Shown here in pieces: positions 36,177 through 45,864 of a stretch of DNA of 64,000 nt; the first letter of the stretch is position 1; each line of letters opens with the position of its first letter. Position numbers and translations under genes: made by a program. Under the pieces are notes generated by a model. That model searched no databases and was not told where the DNA came from. It was given only the letters and a program-made list of their open reading frames with translations. The stretch is from Longimicrobiales bacterium (GTDB lineage Bacteria; Gemmatimonadota; Gemmatimonadetes; Longimicrobiales; Gaopeijiaceae), in the NCBI GenBank assembly GCA_963664435.2, contig CAXXKM010000003.1, positions 1,504,001-1,568,000 of the forward strand. Reading direction: 5' to 3'.

Positions 36177-39100
36177 TCAGGCCCCGGCGCCCCTCCAGGC
36201 CGCAATCGAGGACTGGGCCATCAGCAGCGCCGGGATCACGAGCATGAGCAGCGCGGTGGCGATCAGGATCCCGAACCCCACGGATGCGGCCAGCGGAACC
36301 AGGTGCTGAGCGTGGGTGCTGGTCTCGAAGACCAGCGGGGCGACACCCACGAACGTCGTCACGGAAGTCAGCAGGATGGCGCGGAAGCGGTCCTTGGCCC
36401 CGGTGACGATCGCGTCTCGCACCGGGAGCCCGGACGCCTTCAGGTCGTTGATGAACTTGATCATCATCAGTGAGTCGTTGACGACCACCCCGCTCACCCC
36501 GATCAGCCCGTACATCGACCAGATGCCCAGGCTCAGCCCGAGCAGCATGTGCCCTGCGACGGCGCCGATCAATCCCAGCGGCACCGCGGCCAGGATGATC
36601 AGCGGCTGGGTGTAGGAACCGAAGGGAATCGCCATCAGCGCGTACATGACGAGGAGCGCCAGGAAGAGCGAGCGGCCCAGATCGGCATTGGCCTCCTCCT
36701 GCTGCTTGCGCTGGCCGCCGAAGGTGTACTCGAAGAGGCGGTCCTGGGCCGACAGGCGCTCCAGGATGCCGCCCTCGAGGCTCCGGTTGACCTGTTGTCC
36801 GGTCGCGAGCACCGGATCGACGTCCGCGGTGACCGTGACGGCGCGGCGCCCGTCCATGCGGTTGATGGTGGCCGCGGACTGCGCGAAACCGGCCGACGCC
36901 ACCTGATTCAGCGGAACCTCGCCGCCGGGCGTGCGCACCAGATAGCGCTCCACGTCGGCAGCGGAATTGCGCTCCTCTTCGGGAAGGCGCACGTACACAG
37001 CCACGTCCTCGCGCCCGCGCTGCACCCTGAGCGCCTCGGCTCCAAAAAAGGCAGAGCGAACCTGCGACGCGAAATGGCCAACCGTCAGATTCAGCGTGCG
37101 GGCCGCCGGCTTCAGCTCCAGCTGCAATTCCCGGAACCCTTCGTCGAGGTTGCTGCGCACGTCGAAGACACCGTCGAAGCCGCTCAACTCGGCGACGAAC
37201 TCGTCCGCGATCACGGCGAGCCGTTCGGGGTCCGGATGCGAAAGCTCGAAGTGAACGGGAAGTCCGAGCGTGAGCATGTTCGAGGAAATCGACAGCGATC
37301 TCGCTGCCGGGAGCGCGCCGACCTCCTCCCGCCATAGCCGCTCAAAGGTGGATGGGGCGATGTCGTGGCGCTCCCAGTCGATGAGCTTGAACTGGACGGT
37401 GCCCAGGTGGCCCCGTGCGGCCTCCACGGCGTTGCCCCCCAGGGGGTCGTAGAGTGCCGCCGGCTGGCCGACCGTCAGGGCGACGCCGACCTCCAGCGGG
37501 TCCGCATCCGCATCCCGCTCCCGCGAGATGCGCTCCACGGCGCGACGCCCGGCAGCCTCCAGCTGCGCCGCCACGGCGGACGTCCGCTCCCCCGGCGTGC
37601 CGACCGGCATCTCCAGGTTGGCGGAGACGACCTCACCCTCGATGGGGGTCAGGAACTGGTTGGGGACCACGCCCGCGCTGACGGCCGCCATCGTGAGCAC
37701 GAGCAGTCCGGCCGCCGAGGCGAGCACGATCGAGGGTTGATCGACCGCCAGGCGCAGTCCACGGTCCAGCGGACCATCCACGACCCGCTTCAGCAGGACA
37801 TCCACTCGTCCACGGACGCGGCTGAGCCGCCGGGAGAGCCAGCCCTCGTCGGAGGCGCCCGGTGCGGGCAGGTGGGACAGGTGGTTCGGCAGCACCAGCA
37901 GCGATTCCACCAGCGATATCAGGAGGACCGTGATCACCACCAGCGGAATCGGGCGACCGAGTTCGCCTTGCGGACCGGGGGCGGACAGCAACGCGGCGAA
38001 CGCCGTCACGGTGGTAAGCACCGAGAAGATGACCGGCGCACTGACCCGCCGGGTGCCCTGGATCGCCGCGGCAACCCCGCCAACGCCGCGCTCTCGCTGG
38101 GTGAAGACGCTTTCCCCTACCACGATCGCGTCGTCCACGACGATCCCCAACGCGAGAACGAGCGCCATCAACGAGAACATGTTGACCGAGACGCCCAGGA
38201 ACCCCATGAACAGGAAGGCCCCGATGAACGAGATCGCCAGGCCTGTGGCCACCCACAGCGCCAGCCGAACCTCGAGGAACAGGGTGAGCGCCACGAGCAC
38301 GAGCGCCAGCCCCAGCAGCGCGTTCTCGATCATCAGGCCGAGCCTTCCCGAGACCTCAACCGAGTCGTCCTTCCAGATCTCGACGCCAACCCCGGCCGGA
38401 AGGGCGGGGAGAACTTCGCTTGTCAGATGCTCCCTGACGGCTTCCGCGATTTCGAGGACTTTCTCGTTCGAGGCGCGGTATACATCGATGCCGACCGCCT
38501 TCCTGCCGTTGTAGCGCAGGCTGAGATCGGTGTCCGCGAACCCGTCCCGTACGGTTGCGATCTCGTTCAGGCGAACCGATGTCCCATTCGGACGGGTCAG
38601 GACGATGATGTCCTCGAAGTCGCCCTGGTCGTAGTTCCTGCCCAGCGTGCGGACGAGGATTTCATCCTCGCCGGTGGAGAGCGTGCCGGCCGACAGCTCC
38701 ATCGAACCCTGCCGCACCGCCAGGGCGATATCCTCGAGCGTGAGACCCAGAGCCCGCAGCCGGCTCAACGGTACCTCGATCGAAACCTCGTATGGCCGCG
38801 CACCGCTGACTTCGGCCAGCGACACCTCCGGCAGGGACGAGATTCCCTCCTCGATGTCGTACGCCAGTTCCTTGAGGGCGCGCTCCGGAGCATCGCCGTG
38901 GACCAGCAGGCGGATGACGTTCTGCCGGCTCGTGATCTCGCGCACCTGAGGTCGCTCCGCCCCCTCGGGGAAGGTGATGATGCGGTCGACCTCCGCCTTG
39001 ACCTCGTTGATCGCGCGATCAACGTCGGTGCCCGACTTGAACTGCGCGATGACGGACCCCAGGCCCTCGGAAGCGGTCGCTTCCAACCGGTCCAGGCCCT

Positions 39101-39368
39101 CCACGCCCCGGATCTGCTCCTCGACTTTTCTGACGATCGATTCCTCGATCTCGCCGGGGGTCGCGCCGGGATACGCGACGAGGATCTGAACTCGATCCAG
39201 GGAGAGCTCGGGAAGAACCTCCTGAACCAGGTTCCTCGCTGCCGCGAGGCCGGCGAGCACCAGAAACAGCATGAGAACGTTCGCCGCCACGCTGTTTCGG
39301 GCCATGAAGGCGATCGGCCCGGGGCGACCGCCGGTCACGTTCGGCTGATCCACCCCCTCAAGGGTCAA
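36177..39368 (-). CDS. RND efflux transporter permease (AcrB family)
   Basis: NSVAANVLM, LGIVVDDAIVVGE, GVVVNDS, RFRAILLTSVTT; start TTG 39368 or ATG 39305. Confidence 0.92.
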   Translation of the reverse strand: MTLEGVDQPNVTGGRPGPIAFMARNSVAANVLMLFLVLAGLAAARNLVQEVLPELSLDRVQILVAYPGATPGEIEESIVRKVEEQIRGVEGLDRLEATASEGLGSVIAQFKSGTDVDRAINEVKAEVDRIITFPEGAERPQVREITSRQNVIRLLVHGDAPERALKELAYDIEEGISSLPEVSLAEVSGARPYEVSIEVPLSRLRALGLTLEDIALAVRQGSMELSAGTLSTGEDEILVRTLGRNYDQGDFEDIIVLTRPNGTSVRLNEIATVRDGFADTDLSLRYNGRKAVGIDVYRASNEKVLEIAEAVREHLTSEVLPALPAGVGVEIWKDDSVEVSGRLGLMIENALLGLALVLVALTLFLEVRLALWVATGLAISFIGAFLFMGFLGVSVNMFSLMALVLALGIVVDDAIVVGESVFTQRERGVGGVAAAIQGTRRVSAPVIFSVLTTVTAFAALLSAPGPQGELGRPIPLVVITVLLISLVESLLVLPNHLSHLPAPGASDEGWLSRRLSRVRGRVDVLLKRVVDGPLDRGLRLAVDQPSIVLASAAGLLVLTMAAVSAGVVPNQFLTPIEGEVVSANLEMPVGTPGERTSAVAAQLEAAGRRAVERISRERDADADPLEVGVALTVGQPAALYDPLGGNAVEAARGHLGTVQFKLIDWERHDIAPSTFERLWREEVGALPAARSLSISSNMLTLGLPVHFELSHPDPERLAVIADEFVAELSGFDGVFDVRSNLDEGFRELQLELKPAARTLNLTVGHFASQVRSAFFGAEALRVQRGREDVAVYVRLPEEERNSAADVERYLVRTPGGEVPLNQVASAGFAQSAATINRMDGRRAVTVTADVDPVLATGQQVNRSLEGGILERLSAQDRLFEYTFGGQRKQQEEANADLGRSLFLALLVMYALMAIPFGSYTQPLIILAAVPLGLIGAVAGHMLLGLSLGIWSMYGLIGVSGVVVNDSLMMIKFINDLKASGLPVRDAIVTGAKDRFRAILLTSVTTFVGVAPLVFETSTHAQHLVPLAASVGFGILIATALLMLVIPALLMAQSSIAAWRGAGA

Positions 39369-39516
39369 GGGCCACCCGCTCGCTTCCCGCGAGGCGGGAG
39401 CTGTCCAGAGCGCGCGCGCGAAGGCGATCCACCAACCGTGAGGGGTACTCGGCGTCGATTACGGGTTGGACCTGGGTCTTGAGGCCGAAGCCCTTCCGGA
39501 AGAAGGTCTGTTCCAT
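39358..39516 (-). pseudogene. 5' fragment resembling cyanobacterial/plant-type IspH
   Basis: MEQTFFRKGFGLKTQVQPVIDAEYPSRLVDRLRAR resembles the RKGFG...EY.S.L N-terminus of IspH; stops after 52 aa. Confidence 0.5.
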
Positions 39517-39642
39517 GGCGCTTCCAGGATGCCGACGCGGAAGGTGACGGGGAGCCACCCACTGCAAGAAAACGAAGACACCGCCCGCAATCAAGGAAGC
39601 GACTCATGGCAGGTCAAAACCGGCACGGACCGGGGGAGACCG

Positions 39643-40887
39643 TCACGAGCCAGGGGAGTGACCCCTCGGCCGTCCACTCTCGCGCCACCTCCTCCTCGTC
39701 ATCCGATCCACCGTGGTCGCGGCCGCCATGTGGGCGATCACGTTGGTGGCGGAACGGAACACGTCCGGCACGCGGTCGATCCCGAGCAGGATGCCGAGCC
39801 CGGCGACCGGAACTCCCACGACGTCGAGGGCGGGGGCCATGGTCACGATGCTGGCGCTGGGCACCGGCGCAACCGTCATCGAGGCGAGGAAGATCGCCAG
39901 CACGGCCGCCGCAACCAGCCCCGCGTCGAGCGGCACCCCGTACATGGCGGCGAGGAACACCAGCGACGTGCTCTGAAAAAGGGCGCTGCCCGGGCGATTG
40001 ATCGAGGCCGCGAGCGGGAGGACAAGCGAGAACGTGCTCTTCGACAGGCCCAGTTTCTCCGCCTCCTGCAGCATCATCGGAAGCGTCCCCACCGACGTCG
40101 TCGTGGTGAAGCCCACCGTGTAGGTGCCCACGGTCCCCCGCATGAACCGGCCCGGTCCCATCCCGCCGAAGATGCGGACCATCGGCAGGAGCACGACGCC
40201 CTTCAGGATGAAGAAGCCCGCGACCACGGCGACGATGAACACGGCGAGGTTCTGAAGCATCGCCATCCCCGTCTGCGCGATCACCGGCGCCGCGAGACCG
40301 AAGACCCCCACGGGCGCCGTCCACAGGATCCAGGTCATGAGCCTGATGAGCGCGTCCCCGACCGTTTCGGCGAGCGACGTGAGCGCCTCACGCTTGTCCT
40401 CCGGCAGAGTCGTCGCCGCCGCGGCAAGCAGGACGACGAAGATGAGCAGCGAGAGAAGGGAACCGTCGGCTGCGGCCTGGATCGGATTCCGCGGGACCAG
40501 GTTGACGAGGAAGGCGACCACGCCCGGTGTCGCCGTGTCCAGTTCCGTGACGGGGGTCGGCGGCGGCACCGGCGTCGTGAAGGTGAGCGCGAGGCTCATC
40601 ACGCCCATCCCGATCAGGATCGCCGGAAGCGTCGTGATCCAGAAGAAGCCCACCGCGAGGCCCCCCAGCCGACCCAGCCTGCGCAGGTTGCCGATCCGCG
40701 CCACACCCACGAACACGACTGCCGCCACCAGCGGGATGACGACCATCTGGATCGCGCGCAGGAAGACTTCCCCCAGCGGCGCCACCGCCTCGGCAGCCTG
40801 CAGCAGCGCGGGAGATCCGGTCGCCGAGGCCGCGATCCCGAGCCCCAGCCCGAGGACCAGCCCGACGAGGATTGCGCGGGTGTTCAT
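39643..40887 (-). CDS. dicarboxylate/amino acid:cation symporter (DAACS)
   Basis: FLRAIQMVVIPLV, FTTTTSVGTLP, SINRPGSALF, IDRVPDVFRSATN. Confidence 0.92.
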   Translation of the reverse strand: MNTRAILVGLVLGLGLGIAASATGSPALLQAAEAVAPLGEVFLRAIQMVVIPLVAAVVFVGVARIGNLRRLGRLGGLAVGFFWITTLPAILIGMGVMSLALTFTTPVPPPTPVTELDTATPGVVAFLVNLVPRNPIQAAADGSLLSLLIFVVLLAAAATTLPEDKREALTSLAETVGDALIRLMTWILWTAPVGVFGLAAPVIAQTGMAMLQNLAVFIVAVVAGFFILKGVVLLPMVRIFGGMGPGRFMRGTVGTYTVGFTTTTSVGTLPMMLQEAEKLGLSKSTFSLVLPLAASINRPGSALFQSTSLVFLAAMYGVPLDAGLVAAAVLAIFLASMTVAPVPSASIVTMAPALDVVGVPVAGLGILLGIDRVPDVFRSATNVIAHMAAATTVDRMTRRRWRESGRPRGHSPGS

Positions 40888-40912
40888 GGTGTGCTCACCG
40901 GTCTGCCCCGAG

Positions 40913-41419
40913 TCAGTCCGAGGATCGATCCAGCACCCGGTCCCCGATCATGTGCGTCGCGTGCTCCCACTCCTCCTGCGGAGCCGGCCAGGCGCGGTCC
41001 CGCACCCGCCGAAGATAGGTGATCTGCGCCAGGTGGTAGAGGTAGTGCTGCGCCATGTGGATGACGTCGGGGCCGAGCTGGGAGGTCGTCTTGCCATCCA
41101 GCGACGTGCGCTCGGCGAACAGGTCGGCATCGCTCTCGCACGCCCTCACCTCGGCGATGATCTGCTCCTGGATCGTGCGCATGCGGGCGGCGATCTCGTC
41201 CGCCGGCCCGGGGCGATCCTCCGTGATCACGGGGACGATGCCCAGCCGTTTGAGGAACCAGATGTCGACCCGGTAGAGGTGCCGGCAGATCTTGCCGACG
41301 CCCCGCACCTTCTCGCTCGGACTCCAGTCCAGGTCCTCCCGGGAGATGCCGTCGAGCACCGTGAACAGCGGCTGGCGCGCGGCTTCGAAGATCTCGATGG
41401 TCTCGGCAATCTTGCTCAT
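40913..41419 (-). CDS. DinB family protein
   Basis: ICRHL, HMAQHYLYHLAQITYLRR; start ATG 41419 or 41437. Confidence 0.75.
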   Translation of the reverse strand: MSKIAETIEIFEAARQPLFTVLDGISREDLDWSPSEKVRGVGKICRHLYRVDIWFLKRLGIVPVITEDRPGPADEIAARMRTIQEQIIAEVRACESDADLFAERTSLDGKTTSQLGPDVIHMAQHYLYHLAQITYLRRVRDRAWPAPQEEWEHATHMIGDRVLDRSSD

Positions 41420-41674
41420 CGGCGTGGGGCCTCTCATGTCCGGACGCTGTGGCGTGATGCCATCGCAAGCGTCGGAATCGCGGGTTTCGCCCTGATTCGG
41501 TCGTTGGATGCGGAGGAAACTGCGGTTGTCCCGACTCTCGCGCCAGCGTACGATCAACCAGTCGGAAGAGGTGATCCTGGTCGCGCATCGGCGAGCTTGG
41601 CCTGGCTGGTGCGACGCGGGATCCCGCCATGCACAGCACATCCCACCATGGACCTCAGCGGGAAGGGAGGACAC

Positions 41675-42382
41675 ATGGCCGAGCGGTCGCCCCCCATCGT
41701 TCAGAACTCCGACTCCGGCGCACCCCCGGCCGGAGATACCCCCTGGGAGGGCCTGCTGGCGAACCTCCCCGGGCGCGGCAACGTCTCCCGCCGCCAGTTC
41801 ATAAAGGGGGTCATCGCGACCGGCGCCTCGGTGTCGGCGTTCGCGTACTTCGCGGGTCCGGCGGCGACTTCCGCGCGCGCCAGCGTCGCGCGGCTGGTCT
41901 CCGTCAACGTGAACGGACAGACCCGGCGCGTCGACGTGCTGCCGCAGGAGACCCTCGCGATGACGCTCCGCTACAAGCTCGGGCTCACCGGCACCAAGCT
42001 GGGCTGCGACCGGGCGGAGTGCGGCGCCTGCACGGTCATGATCGACGGCGTCGCCCACTACTCCTGCTCGACGCTCACGCAGCGGGTGCGCGACCGCGAG
42101 GTCGTCACGGTTGAGGGCCTTGAAAGCGCGGACGGCACGCTGCATCCGGTCCAGCAGGCCTTCATCGACGAGCTGGGTCCCCAGTGCGGCTTCTGCACCC
42201 CGGGACAGGTCATGGCCGCCGCCGCCCTGCTCGAGGCCAACCCCAACCCCACCCGCGAGCAGGCGCGCCGGGCGATGTCCGGCAATCTCTGCCGGTGCGG
42301 GGCCTACGACCACTACCTGAACGGGGTCATGCGCGCCGCCGGAAACGGACAGGCCGTCGCGGAGGAGGTGTCCAGTGGCTGA
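41675..42382 (+). CDS. xanthine dehydrogenase family 2Fe-2S subunit with Tat signal (PaoA/YagT-like)
   Basis: SRRQFIKG, GTKLGCDRAECGACT, QCGFCTPGQ, GNLCRCG. Confidence 0.92.
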   Translation: MAERSPPIVQNSDSGAPPAGDTPWEGLLANLPGRGNVSRRQFIKGVIATGASVSAFAYFAGPAATSARASVARLVSVNVNGQTRRVDVLPQETLAMTLRYKLGLTGTKLGCDRAECGACTVMIDGVAHYSCSTLTQRVRDREVVTVEGLESADGTLHPVQQAFIDELGPQCGFCTPGQVMAAAALLEANPNPTREQARRAMSGNLCRCGAYDHYLNGVMRAAGNGQAVAEEVSSG

Positions 42383-44774
42383 ACTCATCGGCAGGGACTT
42401 CGCGCCCCCGGACGTCATCAGCAAGGTCACCGGCAGGGCCCGCTACGCGGAGGATTTCCGCGCCGACGGCATGCTTTTCTGCCGCCTCATCACGAGCCCG
42501 ATGCCCCACGCGCAGGTGCGCGCCATCGACGCGTCCGAGGCGCTCGCGATGGAAGGGGTGGTCGCCATCCTGACCGCGGACGAGGTGCCCGAAATCGAGG
42601 CGCCCGGCAACCCCATCCTCACCAACACTCCGCACTTCGTGGGCGAGCCGATCGCGGCGCTGGCCGCCGTCGACGAGACCACCGCGCAGGACGCCATCGC
42701 GAAGGTCAAGCTCGACCTCCAGCCCTTGCCGTTCGTGGTGGATCCGCTCGAGAGCCTGCGCCCCGGCGGCCCCAACGCGCGCACCGAGGGCAATACCTCC
42801 CAGCGCGGCGAGGGCATCTCGGAGGTGAAGTGGACGGAGGAGGACTTCGCCGCCGCCTCCGGTGGCGAGCTGCCCATGGGGGAGGTCACCACGGAGTGGT
42901 CCTACGGGGATGTCGAGGCCGGCTTCCGCGAGGCGGCGCTGGTGCTCGACGAGACCTTCGTCACCGCGGGCACCTCGCACCACTCGATGGAGCCGCGCAC
43001 GGCGATGGCCTACTGGCAAAACGGCAAATGCCACGTCTTCGGCTCCAGCCAGAGCCAGAGCGCGGTGCTGAACGGGCTCGCGCGCTACATCGGCATCCCG
43101 CCCGAGGACGTGGTATTCGTGGGCGAGTACTGCGGCGGCGGATTCGGCTCCAAGGGGAGCGCCTACCCGATCATGTCGGTGCCGGCGCACATGTCCCGGA
43201 AGACGGGCCGGCCGGTGATGATGCGCATCAGCCGGGCGGAGGAATACGCCATCGGCTCCGCGCGGGCCGGCTTCCAGGGCCGCATCCGCATGGGCTTCCG
43301 GCGCGACGGCCGGATCAGCGCGGTCGATCTCTTCATCGTCCAGGAGAACGGGCCCAACAACGGCTTCGGCGACTTCAACAGCGCCGCCGGCGCCGTCACC
43401 ATCGTCTACACGCCGCCGGCGATGCGCTTCCGCGGCATTCCGGTGCTTACCAACACGCCCGCCCGGGGTGCGCAGCGGGGCCCGGGCCAGAACCAGATCG
43501 CCTGCGCGGTGGAGCCCCTGCTCGACAAGGCCGCGGCACAGCTGGGCATCGATCAGCTGAACATCCGCGGCATCAACGCGCCCGACTCGAACTCGCTCTA
43601 CGGCGGAGGTCAGGTGCCGGTCACCAGCGCTCATCTGGGCGAGGCGCTTGCCCAGGGCGCACAGCGCTTCGGATGGGAAGAGCGGCGCGCGCGCAGCGGC
43701 CAGCGCCAGGGATCGCGCGTGACCGGAGTCGGGATCGGGCAGGCCTACCACGGGGCGGGCCAGAGCGGCCAGGACGGGCTGCTGCGCATCGCGTCGGACG
43801 GAAGGCTGCACATCCACACCGGGGTCGGCAACCTCGGCACTTATTCCTACGCCGGCACCTCCCGCGTCGCGGCCGAGATGCTCGGATACGAGTGGGAGAA
43901 CGTCGAGCTCGTGCGCGGCGACACCTCGCGCAACCTCGCTTCCAGCAGCGCGCAGGTGGGCAGCAACACCACCTTCACCATGACCCGCGCCGGCCACGCG
44001 GCGGCGACGGACGCGCTCGAGAAGCTGAAGGCGATCGCGGCCATCGAGCTGGGCGGCTCGCCCGGGGACTACGACGTGGGGGAGGAGGCTACGTTCGCGC
44101 GCGCCGACCCCTCGCGCCGCATCAGCCATGCGCGGGCCGCGGCGCGCGCCATCGAGCTGGGCGGGCGCTTCAGCGGCGAGGAGTTCCCCGACGACCTGAA
44201 CGACATCACCAAGCGGTCGGTCGCAAACCTGGCCGCCAGCGGCCTGATCGGGGTCGCCCGCGACAACCTTCCGCGCAACGACGTCGTTCCCGCGCTCGCC
44301 GCCGGCTTCATCGAGATCGAGCTGGATCTCGAGACCGGCATGTACGAGATCGTCGACTACCTGGGCGTGGCCGACTGCGGCACCGTGATCCATCCCATGG
44401 GGCTGGCGGCCCAGGTGAGGGGCGGCGCGGTGATGGGCTTCGGCATGGCCTGCCTGGAGCGGCACGTCTACGACACGCGCTACGGGGTGGCGGGCAACAT
44501 CGGCTTCCACCAGGCGAAGCCACCATCCTACCTCGACGTGCCCTCGCAGATGGACTGGGACGCCACCGACATCACCGACCCACAGAACCCGGTGGGCGCC
44601 AAAGGGGTGGGCGAGCCCCTCATGGGATGCTCGGCGGCGGCGCTGCTGTGCGCCATCTCGGACGCGCTCGGGGGGCACTATTTCAACCGCATCCCGGTCG
44701 TCCCGGACATGATTGTGAACGCCGTGGCCGAGCAGCCGCCGTCGCACCGGCCGCTTCAGGTCAACACACAGTGA
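42375..44774 (+). CDS. xanthine dehydrogenase family molybdopterin-binding subunit (PaoC/YagR-like)
   Basis: KVTGRARYAED, GGGFGSKG, RGPG, AKGVGEP. Confidence 0.92.
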   Translation: MAELIGRDFAPPDVISKVTGRARYAEDFRADGMLFCRLITSPMPHAQVRAIDASEALAMEGVVAILTADEVPEIEAPGNPILTNTPHFVGEPIAALAAVDETTAQDAIAKVKLDLQPLPFVVDPLESLRPGGPNARTEGNTSQRGEGISEVKWTEEDFAAASGGELPMGEVTTEWSYGDVEAGFREAALVLDETFVTAGTSHHSMEPRTAMAYWQNGKCHVFGSSQSQSAVLNGLARYIGIPPEDVVFVGEYCGGGFGSKGSAYPIMSVPAHMSRKTGRPVMMRISRAEEYAIGSARAGFQGRIRMGFRRDGRISAVDLFIVQENGPNNGFGDFNSAAGAVTIVYTPPAMRFRGIPVLTNTPARGAQRGPGQNQIACAVEPLLDKAAAQLGIDQLNIRGINAPDSNSLYGGGQVPVTSAHLGEALAQGAQRFGWEERRARSGQRQGSRVTGVGIGQAYHGAGQSGQDGLLRIASDGRLHIHTGVGNLGTYSYAGTSRVAAEMLGYEWENVELVRGDTSRNLASSSAQVGSNTTFTMTRAGHAAATDALEKLKAIAAIELGGSPGDYDVGEEATFARADPSRRISHARAAARAIELGGRFSGEEFPDDLNDITKRSVANLAASGLIGVARDNLPRNDVVPALAAGFIEIELDLETGMYEIVDYLGVADCGTVIHPMGLAAQVRGGAVMGFGMACLERHVYDTRYGVAGNIGFHQAKPPSYLDVPSQMDWDATDITDPQNPVGAKGVGEPLMGCSAAALLCAISDALGGHYFNRIPVVPDMIVNAVAEQPPSHRPLQVNTQ

Positions 44775-44784
44775 GGAGGCGGCC

Positions 44785-45774
44785 ATGATGAAGGACATGA
44801 TGCCCCACTTCGATCTGGTTCAGCCGACCGATGTGGAGTCGGCGCTGGATCTGCTGCGGGAGCACGGCCGCGACGCTTGGGCGCTCGCCGGCGGCTACGA
44901 CAGCTTCGACTGGTTCAAGAACCGGGGCAAGCAGCCCACCGTGCTGGTCGACCTGGAGGGACTGGACGGACTGAAGGGCGTGCGCGAGGCCGGCGACGGC
45001 ATCGAGATCGGCGCCATGACCAGCCTCACCGACGTCGAGAGCGACCCGCTGGTGCGCGAGCGCTACGGCCTGCTGGCGGAGGCGGTGAGCGTGGTGGCCA
45101 GCCCGCAGATCCGGAACGCGGGCACGCTCGGCGGCAACATCTGCCAGGACACCCGCTGCTGGTACTACCGCTACGGCATGCCCTGCTACCGCGCAGGCGG
45201 AAACATCTGTTACGCCGGCACGCCGGAGGGGATGAACCGCGAGCACGCCCTCTTCGGCGCCGACCGCTGCGTGGCGGTCACCCCGTCCGACTCGGCCCCG
45301 GCGCTGGTGGCGCTGGACGCGGAGATGGTGGCACGCAACACCCGCGGGGAGCGGGTGATCCCGGCCGGGGAGTTCTTCATGGGACCGGGCGTGGACATCA
45401 CCCGCATGACCGTGCTCGATCCCGACGACCTGCTCACCGCCGTGCGCATCCCTGCCCGGTGGGCCGGCGCCCGCTTCTACTTCGAGAAGGTTGCGGACCG
45501 CAAGACCTGGGACTTCCCGCTGGTGAACGTGGCCGCGGCGTTCCGGGTGGCGGACGGCCGCGTTGAAGACTCACGTATCGTCGTGGGTGCGGTCGAGTGC
45601 GTCCCGCGCCGGCTCACCGACGTGGAGGATCTGATCCGTGGCCGTGTGCCGAACGAGAGCACGGCGGCCGAGGCGGGCGAACTCGCGGCGCAGGGCGCGA
45701 AGCCCCTCAACTACAACCACTTCAAGATCCCGCTGGTGAAGAATCTGGTGGCGCGCGCAGTGCGGAGCGCCTGA
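44785..45774 (+). CDS. xanthine dehydrogenase family FAD subunit with 4Fe-4S insertion (PaoB/YagS-like)
   Basis: LAGG, ASPQIRNAGTLGGNICQDTRCWYYR...C...C...C, PSD. Confidence 0.92.
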   Translation: MMKDMMPHFDLVQPTDVESALDLLREHGRDAWALAGGYDSFDWFKNRGKQPTVLVDLEGLDGLKGVREAGDGIEIGAMTSLTDVESDPLVRERYGLLAEAVSVVASPQIRNAGTLGGNICQDTRCWYYRYGMPCYRAGGNICYAGTPEGMNREHALFGADRCVAVTPSDSAPALVALDAEMVARNTRGERVIPAGEFFMGPGVDITRMTVLDPDDLLTAVRIPARWAGARFYFEKVADRKTWDFPLVNVAAAFRVADGRVEDSRIVVGAVECVPRRLTDVEDLIRGRVPNESTAAEAGELAAQGAKPLNYNHFKIPLVKNLVARAVRSA

Positions 45775-45802
45775 GGACCGGACCGACGCAGGCTTACAGT
45801 CG

Positions 45803-45843
45803 AGAGCCCCGCCTCCGCGATAATGCGGGGGCGGGGCTCTTTC
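45803..45843 (+). terminator. intrinsic terminator between convergent genes
   Basis: AGAGCCCCGCCTCCGC-GATAAT-GCGGGGGCGGGGCTCT hairpin followed by a short T run. Confidence 0.7.
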
Positions 45844-45864
45844 GTATCAAGGCTGCAGAGGGGC

